Assembly: GCA_950097015.1 (NCBI GenBank)
Contig: CATNEN010000024.1
Span: 5,828,001-5,892,000, forward strand
Reading direction: 5' to 3'
DNA from: Macrostomum hystrix
Taxonomy: Eukaryota > Animalia > Platyhelminthes
DNA length: 64,000 nt
The position numbers were made by a program, and so were the translations under genes. The notes beneath the pieces are model-generated. The model made no database searches and had not been told where the DNA came from. It saw nothing but the letters and a program-made list of their open reading frames with translations. Positions 23,981-35,318 of this stretch are shown one piece after another (positions within the stretch are counted from its first letter, which is position 1; every line of letters begins with the position of its first letter).

Positions 23981-24946
23981 TTAGGCCTGGTCAAAATCAC
24001 ACGGCTCCGGCAGTTCCCGGTAGAAAGGCCAGCCGAGCTGCTGGCTCACCCACCGAACCTCGATGGCCAGAAGCTGCCGGAATGGGGTCCGGCCATCCGC
24101 AGCAATGGCCCTCCTGACGGTGGCGCAGACATCTCGTACAATTGTCATGGAGTTGGTCCTCGACATCCGTTCGCGTAGGACTCTGATGGCTGGCCACACT
24201 TGGGCCCGCTGCGGCAAGGCCACATCAGTTCGCAAAAAGGCAATACGCAGCAGGTATTGCACCAGAGCATGTCTGCTCCGCTCAATGGGGACACCATGCT
24301 GAAGAATTAGCGCCCGAGTGTTGTTCCGATAGTCCGTGGGACCTGCTTCTGCCGGAGGCTGCGGCTGCTGCTGAGTCGGCGGCTCCACACTTGACACGAA
24401 TTGCCGACTAGCTAGCTGCCTTCGCAGATCTGGCTGAGCCGATAACTGCCGACTGCAGGACAAGCCGTCGGCGCGCACAGCTGTCGTTACTAACGTAGCC
24501 GCTTGCTCGGACAGCAGCTGTTTGCGGCTTTTGGCGGCTGTGGCTGTGTTACCGGGCACAGGTCGCGCCTCCATGTCTAGGCGCACCCTTTTTCCTCCGC
24601 TGACATTGCCACTGCCGCTGCCGCTGCCGTCGCCGCCGCTGCTGCTGCTACTGCCGCCGCCGCCGTCGCTGCCGCCTCTATTGCCGCCGCCGCCACTGCT
24701 GCCTCTGTCGCCGCTGCTGCTGCCGCCGCCGCTACTGCTGCTGCCACCGCCGCTACTGCCGCTGCCACCGCCGCTACTGCTGCTTCTGTTGCCGCCGGAA
24801 GGCAGTCTCGGTCTTGTGGGCTGCCTCTCGGGAGCCTCGGCAGGCATATTCTCATCTTCAAGAAAATCGTAGTCTTCCTGAATCGCCTTTAGGAATGCCT
24901 CGATCTCGTCCGGCTCATGCTGATTTTCTTCTTCGCCGTTGTTCAT
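23981..24946 (-). CDS. 321-aa orphan cargo ORF in the LTR element (acidic N-terminus, Gly/Ser linker, KRVRL NLS-like motif, helical-looking C-terminal domain)
   Basis: Uninterrupted ATG-to-stop ORF, GC-rich against an AT-rich element. TATAAATA at 25009-25002 and a GGGGCG box near 25055 lie upstream. No family recognised. Confidence 0.7.
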   Translation of the reverse strand: MNNGEEENQHEPDEIEAFLKAIQEDYDFLEDENMPAEAPERQPTRPRLPSGGNRSSSSGGGSGSSGGGSSSSGGGSSSGDRGSSGGGGNRGGSDGGGGSSSSSGGDGSGSGSGNVSGGKRVRLDMEARPVPGNTATAAKSRKQLLSEQAATLVTTAVRADGLSCSRQLSAQPDLRRQLASRQFVSSVEPPTQQQPQPPAEAGPTDYRNNTRALILQHGVPIERSRHALVQYLLRIAFLRTDVALPQRAQVWPAIRVLRERMSRTNSMTIVRDVCATVRRAIAADGRTPFRQLLAIEVRWVSQQLGWPFYRELPEPCDFDQA

Positions 24947-26541
24947 TTTCGATGGCGTTATTTGTTCAAAACATGTCTCTCCAGGGGTCCAACTAATCCG
25001 TTATTTATACTCACCGGGGCCAAAAACTGGACCTATTCAAAGGTCTTTCGCGCCCCACCTCTTACTTTTGACACTTGACTTTTAGCCTTGATTTTGTGGC
25101 TTACGATTTTATGAGCAATTCTCAACCTTTCTTAATAAGGTTGGTGTCTTTTTAAAGATCTCTTTCCGTAGATTATTGCTGATTTTGAATCACTTTTCTA
25201 GCTTCATTATTTCATGAGATAATCGCTTTTTGATGCTTTTAATCCGCAATTAGAAACTAATTAGCACTGATCCTTATGGGAAAGTGGTTACGTCATCACT
25301 CTCACCCTTTCTAATGGCGAGGATATTTAGCTTAAGTGTGCTCCCACGTTTACTCACAGTAGCACGCATAACTTATTTTCTTTCAGTTTATACAACAGAA
25401 ATATTCAGAGACAACATTTAATACTAATTTCACAACGTTTAAAGCGTGTTTATACAACTATTTACACTATATGTCGCACAGTTGTCACATATTCTTCTTC
25501 ATCACCTCGCTCCTTTTAATCAATTCTCACAACTAGGAAGGTGCTCATTAATATTTACTTATCGACCATCTGTCACTTAAATTTAACTGGCATGCGGGCA
25601 ATATCCAATTTCCTAATTTATTCCTGTTGACTCATCTGCCTTCTCTAATCTATTAACTCTGCTTACATAATTTCTTATTTGATTATCTTTAGGCCACGTG
25701 CCTTCTCAAATTTCACACGAGTCTCCTCTCATTTCTCTAGGCCTCATTTGCCTCTCTTAAATATACTTCAGGCCACAATCATGCCTGTTCACATCACAAC
25801 ACAGTCCTCATCTGATCATCAGGCCACAGTGTGTCTTTCTTCAGGTAGGCCACTTCAGGCAACCTTTGTGCCTCTACAAAATTCCACAACACTGGCTCTA
25901 CATCTGATCCCTCAGATCAGCACTGCGCCTTCTTCTCAGCCTTTTGGAACTGATCACTTAGTCATGACTTCACAACTTGTCAATGACTTTCCCAGAGTCT
26001 ACTACTCTCTGGGCTTCTGGACTTCAATCCAGGAACACTCCGAAAACTTCACCTCCCCTTCTGAGTTACCTTAATTCACTGAAACATGTCAGCTACTAAT
26101 AACTCTTTCAGAGAGAAATCACTCCTCATTTCTTCACACTCTTCGTTAAATTGTGACGTTACATTGCTCTTCCCCTTCAGAATTGCTGTACTTCATTGGA
26201 GCAAGCCAACTACTAACAATTCATTCAGAGATTTCTTAATAATTAATTTCACATGCCCGACTTATAACATTTTAACACTTTTTCTTCTATCGGCAGATTC
26301 TTTTTTATAACTTCTACATTTTCTTTGCACACTACTCCTTTTTCTACTGAGTAGGTATTGGAGCACATAATTTCTACGGCCGTGTGCCCATTTATTAAAT
26401 CCTTGACTCACTATTTTTGTGTTTCTTTTTTCAGAACTTTTTAGCAACTTGTGACAACTGTGACGACTATAGACAGCACATATTTACACGAATTTACACC
26501 TTCAGTACACTTCTCTGGTGTACCGTGCCTTCTCTACTATC

Positions 26542-26853
26542 TTACTTCGGCATGTTCGGCTTCAGGAAGTTTAAGGTGATGCGACATTGATGTCCATCTG
26601 GCCTCACAGGTCCTGGCTTAGCACAGAAGAAACATCCGCTAAACTTTTGTACATTCCTCTCTGTGATGTACTCCATATCTTGCTTATTCTGCATCGAAAT
26701 CATGCCTCTTCCCATAGGCTTTTTCTTTTCTTCCTGGTTTCCAGACATTGTCGGATTACCGAACATTGACTGTGTTCCACCACTTCCAAATAGTGGAGGG
26801 ATACCTGGCTGCTGATTCATCAGCACCGCTATTATCAGCATAATAATCGACAT
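26542..26853 (-). pseudogene. Short gag-like remnant ORF (103 aa) with a degenerate zinc knuckle
   Basis: First ORF after the PBS. CFFCAKPGPVRPDG has CX2CX4HX4C spacing, with Pro in place of His and Gly in place of the last Cys. Confidence 0.55.
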
Positions 26854-26922
26854 CTCTATGAATTCTTCGTTCTTCTTAATAATCTACTCTATTCTTGATT
26901 GAGGCCGTTTCTCTGATCCTTT

Positions 26923-26934
26923 CCGCTGCCACCA
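26923..26934 (-). other. Primer binding site TGGTGGCAGCGG, complementary to the tRNA-Leu 3' end
   Basis: 4 nt inside the 5' LTR; complementary to ...CCGCUGCCACCA of metazoan tRNA-Leu. Confidence 0.85.
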
Positions 26935-26938
26935 AAGT

Positions 26939-27536
26939 TGTGACGGCTTGTCTCTCTACTTTTCCCTCTTTCTTGGTAGCGTATCTTTTGGCCTCTTCTA
27001 TTCTTTTATCTCCTTCTCTACTGTTCACGTTCCCCGTATGTCTTTAACTCGGTGGCCCTGAAAAGGGCCGTTTTAACACCACAACTCTTACGTTGCGCGA
27101 TTCTCCTAGGTAGCGCTTCTGCACTGGCACGAGCGGTTTATCCCTCTAAGGCACTGGTCTCTTCTTCTCCAGTCTCTGCTGGGCGTTTCTCCAGGATCAG
27201 AGGGTCACAACCTCAATCCTCGGTTTCGCACTAAATGTGTTTCCTCAATAACTAACACAACACGTTTTGCTTTATTCAAAAAGATCTTTTTACTCAGATA
27301 TTGCCTTTCTTGGCTCACTGGCGAGTTGTATTATCACCACGACAAACTTCATGCTTATATAGCATTTATCAACTTTGTTTTAATAACGCATATTTACTAA
27401 ACTATATAAAGTATATAAAATATTTATAATATGTAATATACTATATGTATATAAAATATGTAATAAAATTTTGTAGCGCGAGAAAATAAAAAGAAAACCA
27501 TCACCAGCTATAATGCAGAAAAATAGACCTATTACA
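26939..27536 (-). repeat. 5' LTR (598 bp)
   Basis: Direct repeat of 23201-23800, adjacent to the PBS. Confidence 0.95.
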
Positions 27537-28514
27537 CTACCAAAAATAGCCTTTAAGTGTAGCTATAATAATATTGTTAAAATTTTCAGTCCTAGTATTA
27601 TGTATAGCTTTTTGTTCTGTTTTATGACATTGTGTGGTCAAAAAGTGACATTAGGCCTAAGCTTATGTTTGTGTGCATGTGGTGTGGTCTGAGATTTAAT
27701 TATTTGGCTGGGTTACTTTCTCTGGGTTGGTGCAGAGTGGATAGCATGTTTGCCTCTTGCGCCACATTCATTAAGGGTGCAGCCACATTGAGAAAGCTTT
27801 GGGGCTTGTTGTGCAATTTATGCTCCAAGGAATAGTGAAGTGTACACTGCCTGACTATGAGAAAGTCAGGGCAGATGTACACACCTGTGTGACCATATGC
27901 CTGCATGCAGTATTTGTGTGCGTGGGTGTGTGCTCACAAGTCTGCAAAATGGACAGCATTGCCTCCTTGCTGGCTCATGGTCTATTGTCACCAAGTGATT
28001 GACATTGCCTGCAGACCTGCAATAATAATATAAATATTATATAACTTATATTATATTTGATTTCATTGTATTTTCTTTATTTCTTTAAACAAACTACTAT
28101 TTTTTTCAAGTAAACTTTTTATTAGCATGTAACATCCAAAAACTGATTTCTCATATGAATTCTTACATTTAAACATGGGCTATAATATGGCAGCTGGGGA
28201 AAAAGACAGAGGACTTTAAATTTTAAACTATCTTGTTTTATTATTAATTACTAGATTAATACACTTAGGAGATTAAGATTTCAAGTCTTAGAAATCAAGT
28301 GCACAAGCTTTGGGTAAACAACATCAGTAACTGTTCAATTAGTTGTGGGGTCTCATTCGTTTCTTATTTAATGGCAAAGAACTCATTATTTGTGTTCAGT
28401 TGTAAATTGCCTTCTTAGTAGATTCTATCTCAAGTGACTAGAATCGTTAAGAAATTAGTTAAATGAATAAAATAACCTGTCAGTAATTTTTCCAGCAGCA
28501 GCAGCCAGAGAAAT

Positions 28515-28799
28515 ATGACCAAGGGTACGACTAGCTTCGGAAAGCGGCACAATAAGTCGCACACCCAGTGCCGCCGCTGCGGCCGCAAGTCGTATCACAT
28601 CCAGAAGAAGACTTGCTCGTCCTGCGGCTATCCCAGCGCTAGAATTAGGCACTTCAACTGGGCCAAGAAGGCCCAGCGCAGGCGAACAACTGGCACCGGC
28701 CGAATGCGCCACCTCAAGGTTGTGCACCGCCGGTTCAACTATGGATTCCGCACCGGCCTTACTAAGCCATGCGCTCCGAAGGCTGTTGGCACTGCCTGA
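28515..28799 (+). CDS. RPL37: 60S ribosomal protein L37 (eL37), intronless CDS
   Basis: [40 protein letters not shown]...[14 protein letters not shown]. Splice acceptor taatttttccag 19 nt before the ATG. Confidence 0.98.
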   Translation: MTKGTTSFGKRHNKSHTQCRRCGRKSYHIQKKTCSSCGYPSARIRHFNWAKKAQRRRTTGTGRMRHLKVVHRRFNYGFRTGLTKPCAPKAVGTA

Positions 28800-30027
28800 T
28801 TGATAAACAGCTAGGTATTTTAGACATTCTCGAGTGAGAAATCGATGGACTGTTTGATTTTAAGGCCGGATTGCTTGAGTTGTTTGGTTGATTGATGGCA
28901 GACTAATGGAGTTGGCTGCAACGGAAATATACAAAGGATTGTTATTAGTCGCTCTTTTGTTGGAATCAAAATACGTATCTTTGTCATTTCCTTTTTATGG
29001 TTTGTTACTCATAGTAGTCTGGTAAGGCTCTAGCAACAGTTTAATAGTTTAACATTTGTAGAATGACGAAGAGTAGCAGAAGATACTGTATTGAAGGACT
29101 ATGGGAACGAGTAGCCCAAGGAAATGTTGCACGATTGTTACTGACACAGTCGGGATAAATGCCACATGAAATTTCTGTCGTTGGTAGCAGCTGTTGTCCT
29201 TTATTAGTATCTAACTTCGGAATTAGTTTAGCATTTTGCTCTCGTTGCATTTTTATTTTCGAGTATCTAATATCAACTGAGGTTTACAATGCAGTGTCTA
29301 AACTGTATTGCATTTTACTCAGTCATCAGTTGTTACATATTCATCGGTCTTTTTCCATCGTAAGGCCATGTATGAAACGACTTGTCTGTGTAAATCGAAC
29401 TAATTTTTGTACTACAACCATTGATTCCATCGAAGGTATCTGATTTCTCATCCATTAGCTGTCCTGTTTGTTCCATTCTTAGGATAGGATCCTATTCCAT
29501 ATAAATAGGATTTGGCCTTTGTTCTGTTCTGCTTCTTGTATTTCGTCAACTCTTATATTCTACAATTGAAAGCACCCACAAGCGGCTTTATAAGCACGGG
29601 ACTAGTAAAATGTTATGTGCGCTTAGAATAGGTCCAAAACAAAGTAGTAACTATGCGAGTTTTTTATGATCCGTTTTTATTTTTAAAGTAGATTAGATAA
29701 AGCATCCAGAGGTTTCGTGTGCGCACAGTAGACATTGTTAGGCAATAAATCTGGTTTCAGAATTATTACAGAATGCAGATACAGAATAGGTAAGTAAGTT
29801 GAAAGTTCATTTTCAGTAGAATGTAGTTAACTTAATCTGAGGCTACAAGGGTTTACATTCGTGTGACTAAAATTGACATTCTGTGGACTGACAAAAAGTT
29901 GCTTTTACATGATTTTCCTAGTTAAGTCACGGAGTTGCACTGATTAGCATATAACACTGCACGGAGCTCAGTAAAATAAGCAAGCTTGCCTTCAGCTTCC
30001 CTGGTCTCGCATCTAGACTTTGTCAGC

Positions 30028-33000
30028 TCAATGATGCGACCTTCCGCCTTGCTCAAAGAACATGAAGTCCTGCGGGTGCAGTGTTCGAAATGGAAATTTA
30101 AAACAAAATGTTTTGTTTTAATTGGACTTTCGACGCAATGTGACAGTTAAAAATAACTGGCGCAGTTTATGAAACTTCATTACTCTTGGTTTGTTTACTC
30201 AATGGGTGTAATCTTATACCCCTGTTCCTAAGCCCTTGGTCAAACTTGAATTAAATTTTCCCTTTTGTTACTTAGCAGTCTCGCCCCGATGAGTTAGTCT
30301 ATTGATCCATGTGGCAAAAACTGGTACTCACAATGAGAAAGCAAGCGCCGAGAATGACAGCCTTCAGCTTCACATCCAAGTCCACAGGAAAGGTGATGCC
30401 AAAGTTGTCAGCGTCCGTAAAGTATTCCTGCATCAGGTTCGACCACTGCTTGGAGACGCGACCAATCTCCGAGCCGCTGTCCTTAGTGATTAGCTGAAAT
30501 GAGTCAAACAGCTCAGTCGGTTAGCGTCACTAATTCAGCTTCCTGCAGTAGTATGTTGATGCGCTCTATGCTTACGATTATAATGAGCAAAAATCTCATT
30601 TAACAAATTACCTTAAACGGTATGTCGTCGCCTGGGCAGTAACACTTGCAGTAGGACGGTCCATCGATAATGAACACAGTGGCGTCGCACTCATCCTTGA
30701 TGTGGTACTTAATCTGGCAGGCTCCATACACTTGAGCTACCTTACCGACCTTGCAGCCTGGCGGCGCCTCCACTGTCACTTCGTCGAAACAGCACTTACT
30801 GCAGGAGAACAGCTGGTGATAGCACATGCACTTGTACGGCCGGCTAACATGGATCACCTCGTTGCCCATGTTGTCCTCAATGGCTAGTTCAAATGGTCGC
30901 TGTGGGCCGCAGCATTGCCTCACGCACGTATCAGAGGCTGCAAAAATGTTAGTGAATATGTGCACAGGAGCTTAAAAAATAATAATACTAAAAATTGCTG
31001 ATAGTTGGCATTTTATAACTCAGGGGCTTCTGCTATTTTTAATTTGAGTTTGGTATTAAACTTAAATCATGTCGCTTTGTATTGAATGCCTTCCATGTTG
31101 AACTTAATTTTCAGCGAGACGCACCCTAGCCAGAATGCGAGCCAGAGGCATGCTAAAAGAGTACCGTGTGGTTGGCCGCCGCCTACCCTCTAAGGAGGTG
31201 CCGCAGCCGCCTCTGTACGAGATGCGCATCTTTGCCACCGACTCGGTGACTGCCAAGTCGCGCTTCTGGTACTTTGTGCGCCACCTAAAGAAGCTAAAGA
31301 AGATGCACGGCGAGGTTCTCCAGTGCAAGAATGTGCCAGCCAAGAAGGCGCTCCGTGTCAAGAACTACGGCGTCTGGCTGCGCTACAACTCGCGCAGCGG
31401 CACTCACAACATGTACAAGGAGTACCGCGACATGACCCCGGCTGCCGCCATCACCCAATGCTACAGGGAGATGGGCGCCAGGCACCGTGCCCGCGCCTCC
31501 TCGATCCACATTTTGAAGATCAAAGAGATCGCCGCCAAGGACTGCAAGCGCACCAGCGTGACACAGTTCCACGACAGCAAGCTGAAGTTCCCGCTGCCGC
31601 ATCGCGTCCACCGCCGACTGCACGCTCCGAGGTTCACCACTGTGCGGCCGAAGACCAGCTTCTAAGGATATGGTGTCCTATGGAAATAAGGATTAACTTT
31701 TCAGTTGGCTGTTCTGTTGGCCTTCGAGAGTGTGTGGCAATGATTCTATAGATGGAAGCTGCCAAATAAATTGGCTCCAGTGCGATGGACATCTCCCAGT
31801 CTTGAAAACTGCTTTTGGGAGTATTTGGAATAAAAAAGCGCAATCATTTTAATTCTTACGCCTTGAGTTTTTTAATCGTGGAGGTGCGATTTGATTCCAT
31901 ACTCATTCGTATGATGGATAATTTGTTTGGATCCAATCAATTAGGAATTTAGATCTTATTGTGTGCATTTAGACATTATATCTAAAAATGTCTTTGAATT
32001 GGTGGGCATCCGATTTCGTGCGTTTGGCAGTCGCTGGGAATGACTAGTTTGATAAAAAATGTCATATTTCCTTATCTATTTGCCCGTCCATATGTTCCTT
32101 TGTTTCATCAAGCACTTATTGCCTCTTTAAATTGCCGCCGGCAGATGAAGACAGAATTCAGCCAAAAATTCTATTCAAACAGGTATGCCAACACACAGTA
32201 TTCAAGATTTCAACTGCAGCTCAATCTATTTGAATTGCTAAAACAGAACTTGCATGAGTCCATTTGACAGTTACGATGGCATTTCATTTTCATTGGCATG
32301 CAAGACAGTCCAAACTTACACTCCTTGGCGAAGTAGACCTGCTGGCCCATTGAATTGCGCACCACGTACTTGTTCTGCATCTCGATGCCGGACATCACTG
32401 GAATGAGTTGACGGCAGTTCAAAGGTTCCGTAAAGGAATATTTTTACTCGTACATATATCAGTGTTTAGCAGTATGGCAGAAGTTTCATGAGCTCTTCAG
32501 AACCCCAATAGAACTGAAGAGGTTGGCATTGTCAGCAACCCAGCAGGCCTGCTGGAGGGTGGCATTGTCAGCAACCCAGCAGGCCTGCTAGAGGGTGGCA
32601 TTGTCAGCAACCCAGCAGGCCTGCTGGAGGGTGGCATTGTCAGCAACCCAGCAGGCCTGCTAGAGGGTGGCATTGTCAGCAACCCAGCAGGCCTGCTGGA
32701 GGGTGGCATTGTCAGCAACCCAGCAGGCCTGCTAAAGCGTGGCATTGTCAGCAACCCAGCAGGCCTGCTAAAGCGTGGCATTGTCAGCAACCCAGCAGGC
32801 CTGCTAAAGCGTGGCATTGTCAGCAACCCAGCAGGCCTGCTAGAGGGTGGCATTGTCAGCAACCCAGCAGGCCTGCTAGAGGGTGGCATTGTCAGCAACC
32901 CAGCAGGCCTGCTAGAGGGTGGCATTGTCAGCAACCCAGCAGGCCTGCTAGAGGGTGGCATTGTCAGCAACCCAGCAGGCCTGCTAGAGGGTGGCATTGT

Positions 33001-33276
33001 CAGCAACTCTTTGTTGCTGATGTGGTTTAGAATGCCAGCTATCGACTGCTTACTTTCAAAGAATTCCTTCTTCTGTTTGATGAGCACCTGATCCAACACT
33101 GTGAGGTACTCGAGGCCACGTGGACAGCCACTGACTCCGGTTGTTGGCTGGGCCATCCACTGCAGCTGCTGGTTCATGGCCTGCATGGCAACAGACTGCT
33201 GCTGCTGCTGCTGCTGCTGTTGCCCATGTTGATATTGCTGTTGATGGGCCATTGGCTGCACTTTGTTGCTGTCCAT
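30028..33276 (-). CDS. PLSCR: Phospholipid scramblase
   Basis: Exons 33276-33054, 32397-32320, 30937-30612, 30493-30332 and 30069-30028, all GT-AG with matching phases. Motifs [90 protein letters not shown]. Probable 5'UTR exon with donor at 34212 and acceptor near 33301. Confidence 0.95.
31135..31665 (+). CDS. RPL18A: 60S ribosomal protein L18a (eL20), intronless CDS nested antisense in scramblase intron 2
   Basis: [13 protein letters not shown]...SRFWYF...[24 protein letters not shown]...[14 protein letters not shown]. Acceptor taattttcag 20 nt before the ATG; AATAAA near 31829. Confidence 0.98.
   Translation: MRARGMLKEYRVVGRRLPSKEVPQPPLYEMRIFATDSVTAKSRFWYFVRHLKKLKKMHGEVLQCKNVPAKKALRVKNYGVWLRYNSRSGTHNMYKEYRDMTPAAAITQCYREMGARHRARASSIHILKIKEIAAKDCKRTSVTQFHDSKLKFPLPHRVHRRLHAPRFTTVRPKTSF
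32515..33005. repeat. 36 bp minisatellite, about 14 copies, in scramblase intron 1
   Basis: Minus-strand unit TTGCTGACAATGCCACCCTCTAGCAGGCCTGCTGGG; produces the [12 protein letters not shown] pseudo-extension. Confidence 0.95.
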
Positions 33277-34429
33277 TGCTAATAGAAGGCCTTCCTCTGA
33301 CCTGCAGATTAAATAGTCGACCAAACTTTGACGGCTTGCTCAAAGTTGGCCGCTATTATATTTCTTGAAGTTGTTGTATCTCCAAGGAGATGCCACTATA
33401 GATTGAGTTAGGCCCTCCTATATTATTGCTTAGGCTATCAAGTTTCCACGCCTAATAGCTAATACTAGGAGCTTTGATTTCCTTCCCGACTCTCTTGGCA
33501 AAGACTTTACGAGCGTTGAGAAATGCATGGTTGTCATGGCTACCTAACAGTTGAAGCCACTTCAGTGGTGCAGGTGTTTTGCCTGCCACTTTTTGACAAC
33601 AATCAACTTTAACCTAACCATTTGTATCCGAATCGCTTTTTGTCTCTTTCTCTTATTGTTGCTGGAGAAGTCACGCCACTGTGAAAAATGATTATGTCGA
33701 TCTCTCTAGGCATCTTTTGAGGAGATAATCTGACAAAAAAGAAATTGAATGCCAAGTATACAGTTACCTCACAGAGATTCACAACCCACAGCTATTTTCT
33801 TGCTCCTTTGTACTTTGCCGAGTTCTTGACGCAGAAGTGATCTAGCTTCCTCGATCTAAAGTGGTGAAACAATTAAATGCGATATTAACCTTTTCACAGA
33901 TACGCAATGCTATGCTTTATTCTAGCAGAATTCAACTAATCTCAGTACAGTTCTAGTCTATTTGTATTTCCCTGTTTGCTTTCTCTTTCTCCCTTCTTCC
34001 CTCTAGAGCCGTCTCTCATTCGCCTTTGCACTCCAGTAACCATGGAGCTGGCAGACTTGCATGCAAGTATCCAATAGGCATAATGTGCGCGACTTAAATT
34101 GGGATCAGTTGTCATTGACAACCAAAGCCTCGCAGGGCAGAACGAAGCCGGCTGGGAAAACACCGCCCGAGGCTTGTGCGACGGACTTGACCAGTGGTCA
34201 TATGGATCTTACCTGTAGATTGAGGTGCATTTAGTCCAGGGTGTGCATTCGTGTGTACTTCTCTATGTTAAACTTGGCTAAAACGGGCACCATCCATTCA
34301 CCTACAAAAGCAATTTAATACAATTCAAAGACAGTGTACGCAGTTGCTTAAATAGAAATTTCTCGTGTGTGCGTTTAAATCTGTTATTTAAAACTTAAGT
34401 ATCCTTCTGAGTAATCCCCTGCACGTGTT

Positions 34430-34748
34430 CACACTGATGAGTAATCTCATGATGCACCTGTTTACTCTGATGAGTAATCTCATGATGCACCTGTTTACTC
34501 TGATGAGTAATCTCATGATGCACCTGTTACTCTGATGAGTAATCTCATGATGCACCTGTTTACTCTGATGAGTAATCTCATGATGCACCTGTTTACTCTG
34601 ATGAGTAATCTCATGATGCACCTGTTTACTCTGATGAGTAATCTCATGATGCACCTGTTACTCTGATGAGTAATCTCATGATGCACCTGTTTACTCTGAT
34701 GAGTAATCTCATGATGCACCTGTTCATAGTCTGATGAGTAATCTCATG
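34430..34748. repeat. 32-33 bp tandem repeat (CTGATGAGTAATCTCATGATGCACCTGTTTACT), about 10 copies
   Basis: Direct periodicity; each unit has an ATGAG...CTCAT mini-hairpin. Confidence 0.93.
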
Positions 34749-35318
34749 AATAATTCAAATCTCGATCTAACATCAAGCATAGACATAAAAAACGCAGTAC
34801 CTTTATTTTCAGTTGCCTATTTCAAAACAATCAATCCATAGGCGGAGAAACACATTGAAATCGAAAAATTGCAGTAAACAAAAGATCTGACAGTTAACTG
34901 TCGGATTGAATACTTATGCTAACAATGTCCTCGCTACTATACTATGAAGTGCAGTGGCAGATCTGCAGGAGTATGATTCGATGTACTGAAGGCTCAGTGG
35001 AGGTAAAGTTTTATTCTATGTCAGGTACCAGCTACTGATCACCGATCGAGTATTGACCTCGGGCTCCGTTTTAGAGCCTTGAGTTTACAGAAAATCTCAG
35101 CAGTTTATCCCATTTACCATGGGAAGGACTGGGGTGAGATGTCTCGTCGTTTATTTGTTGACCGTTGACAATCCCATTTGACATCACCTATAAGTACGAG
35201 CTAGAATATGTTCTATGTTGAATCCGTTTTCTGCAAATCTGCCACCGAATATTTTCTAATACATAAATTCGTTATTATGAAGACAAAATTCTTCACGAAT
35301 GCCTCAGACTTTGTCTTC

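Larger units (their letters stand above)
23201..27536 (-). mobile_element. Non-autonomous LTR retrotransposon, very recent insertion (probably Ty3/Gypsy-derived)
   Basis: LTRs 23201-23800 and 26939-27536 have TG...CA ends and are identical by eye apart from a 2-nt difference near one end. 4-bp TSD CTAC (23197-23200 / 27537-27540). PBS and PPT present. No RT/RH/IN ORF in the 3138-bp interior. Confidence 0.95.

Noticed and set aside
28515-31665. RPL37 and RPL18A as processed pseudogenes
   Set aside because: ORFs are intact with host-like codon bias, no poly(A) tail or TSD is visible, and both have upstream acceptors. Not fully excluded without expression data.
32497-33053. [12 protein letters not shown] extension of scramblase exon 1
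   Set aside because: Lies after a strong A|GTAAGC donor; scramblase homology resumes at 32397.
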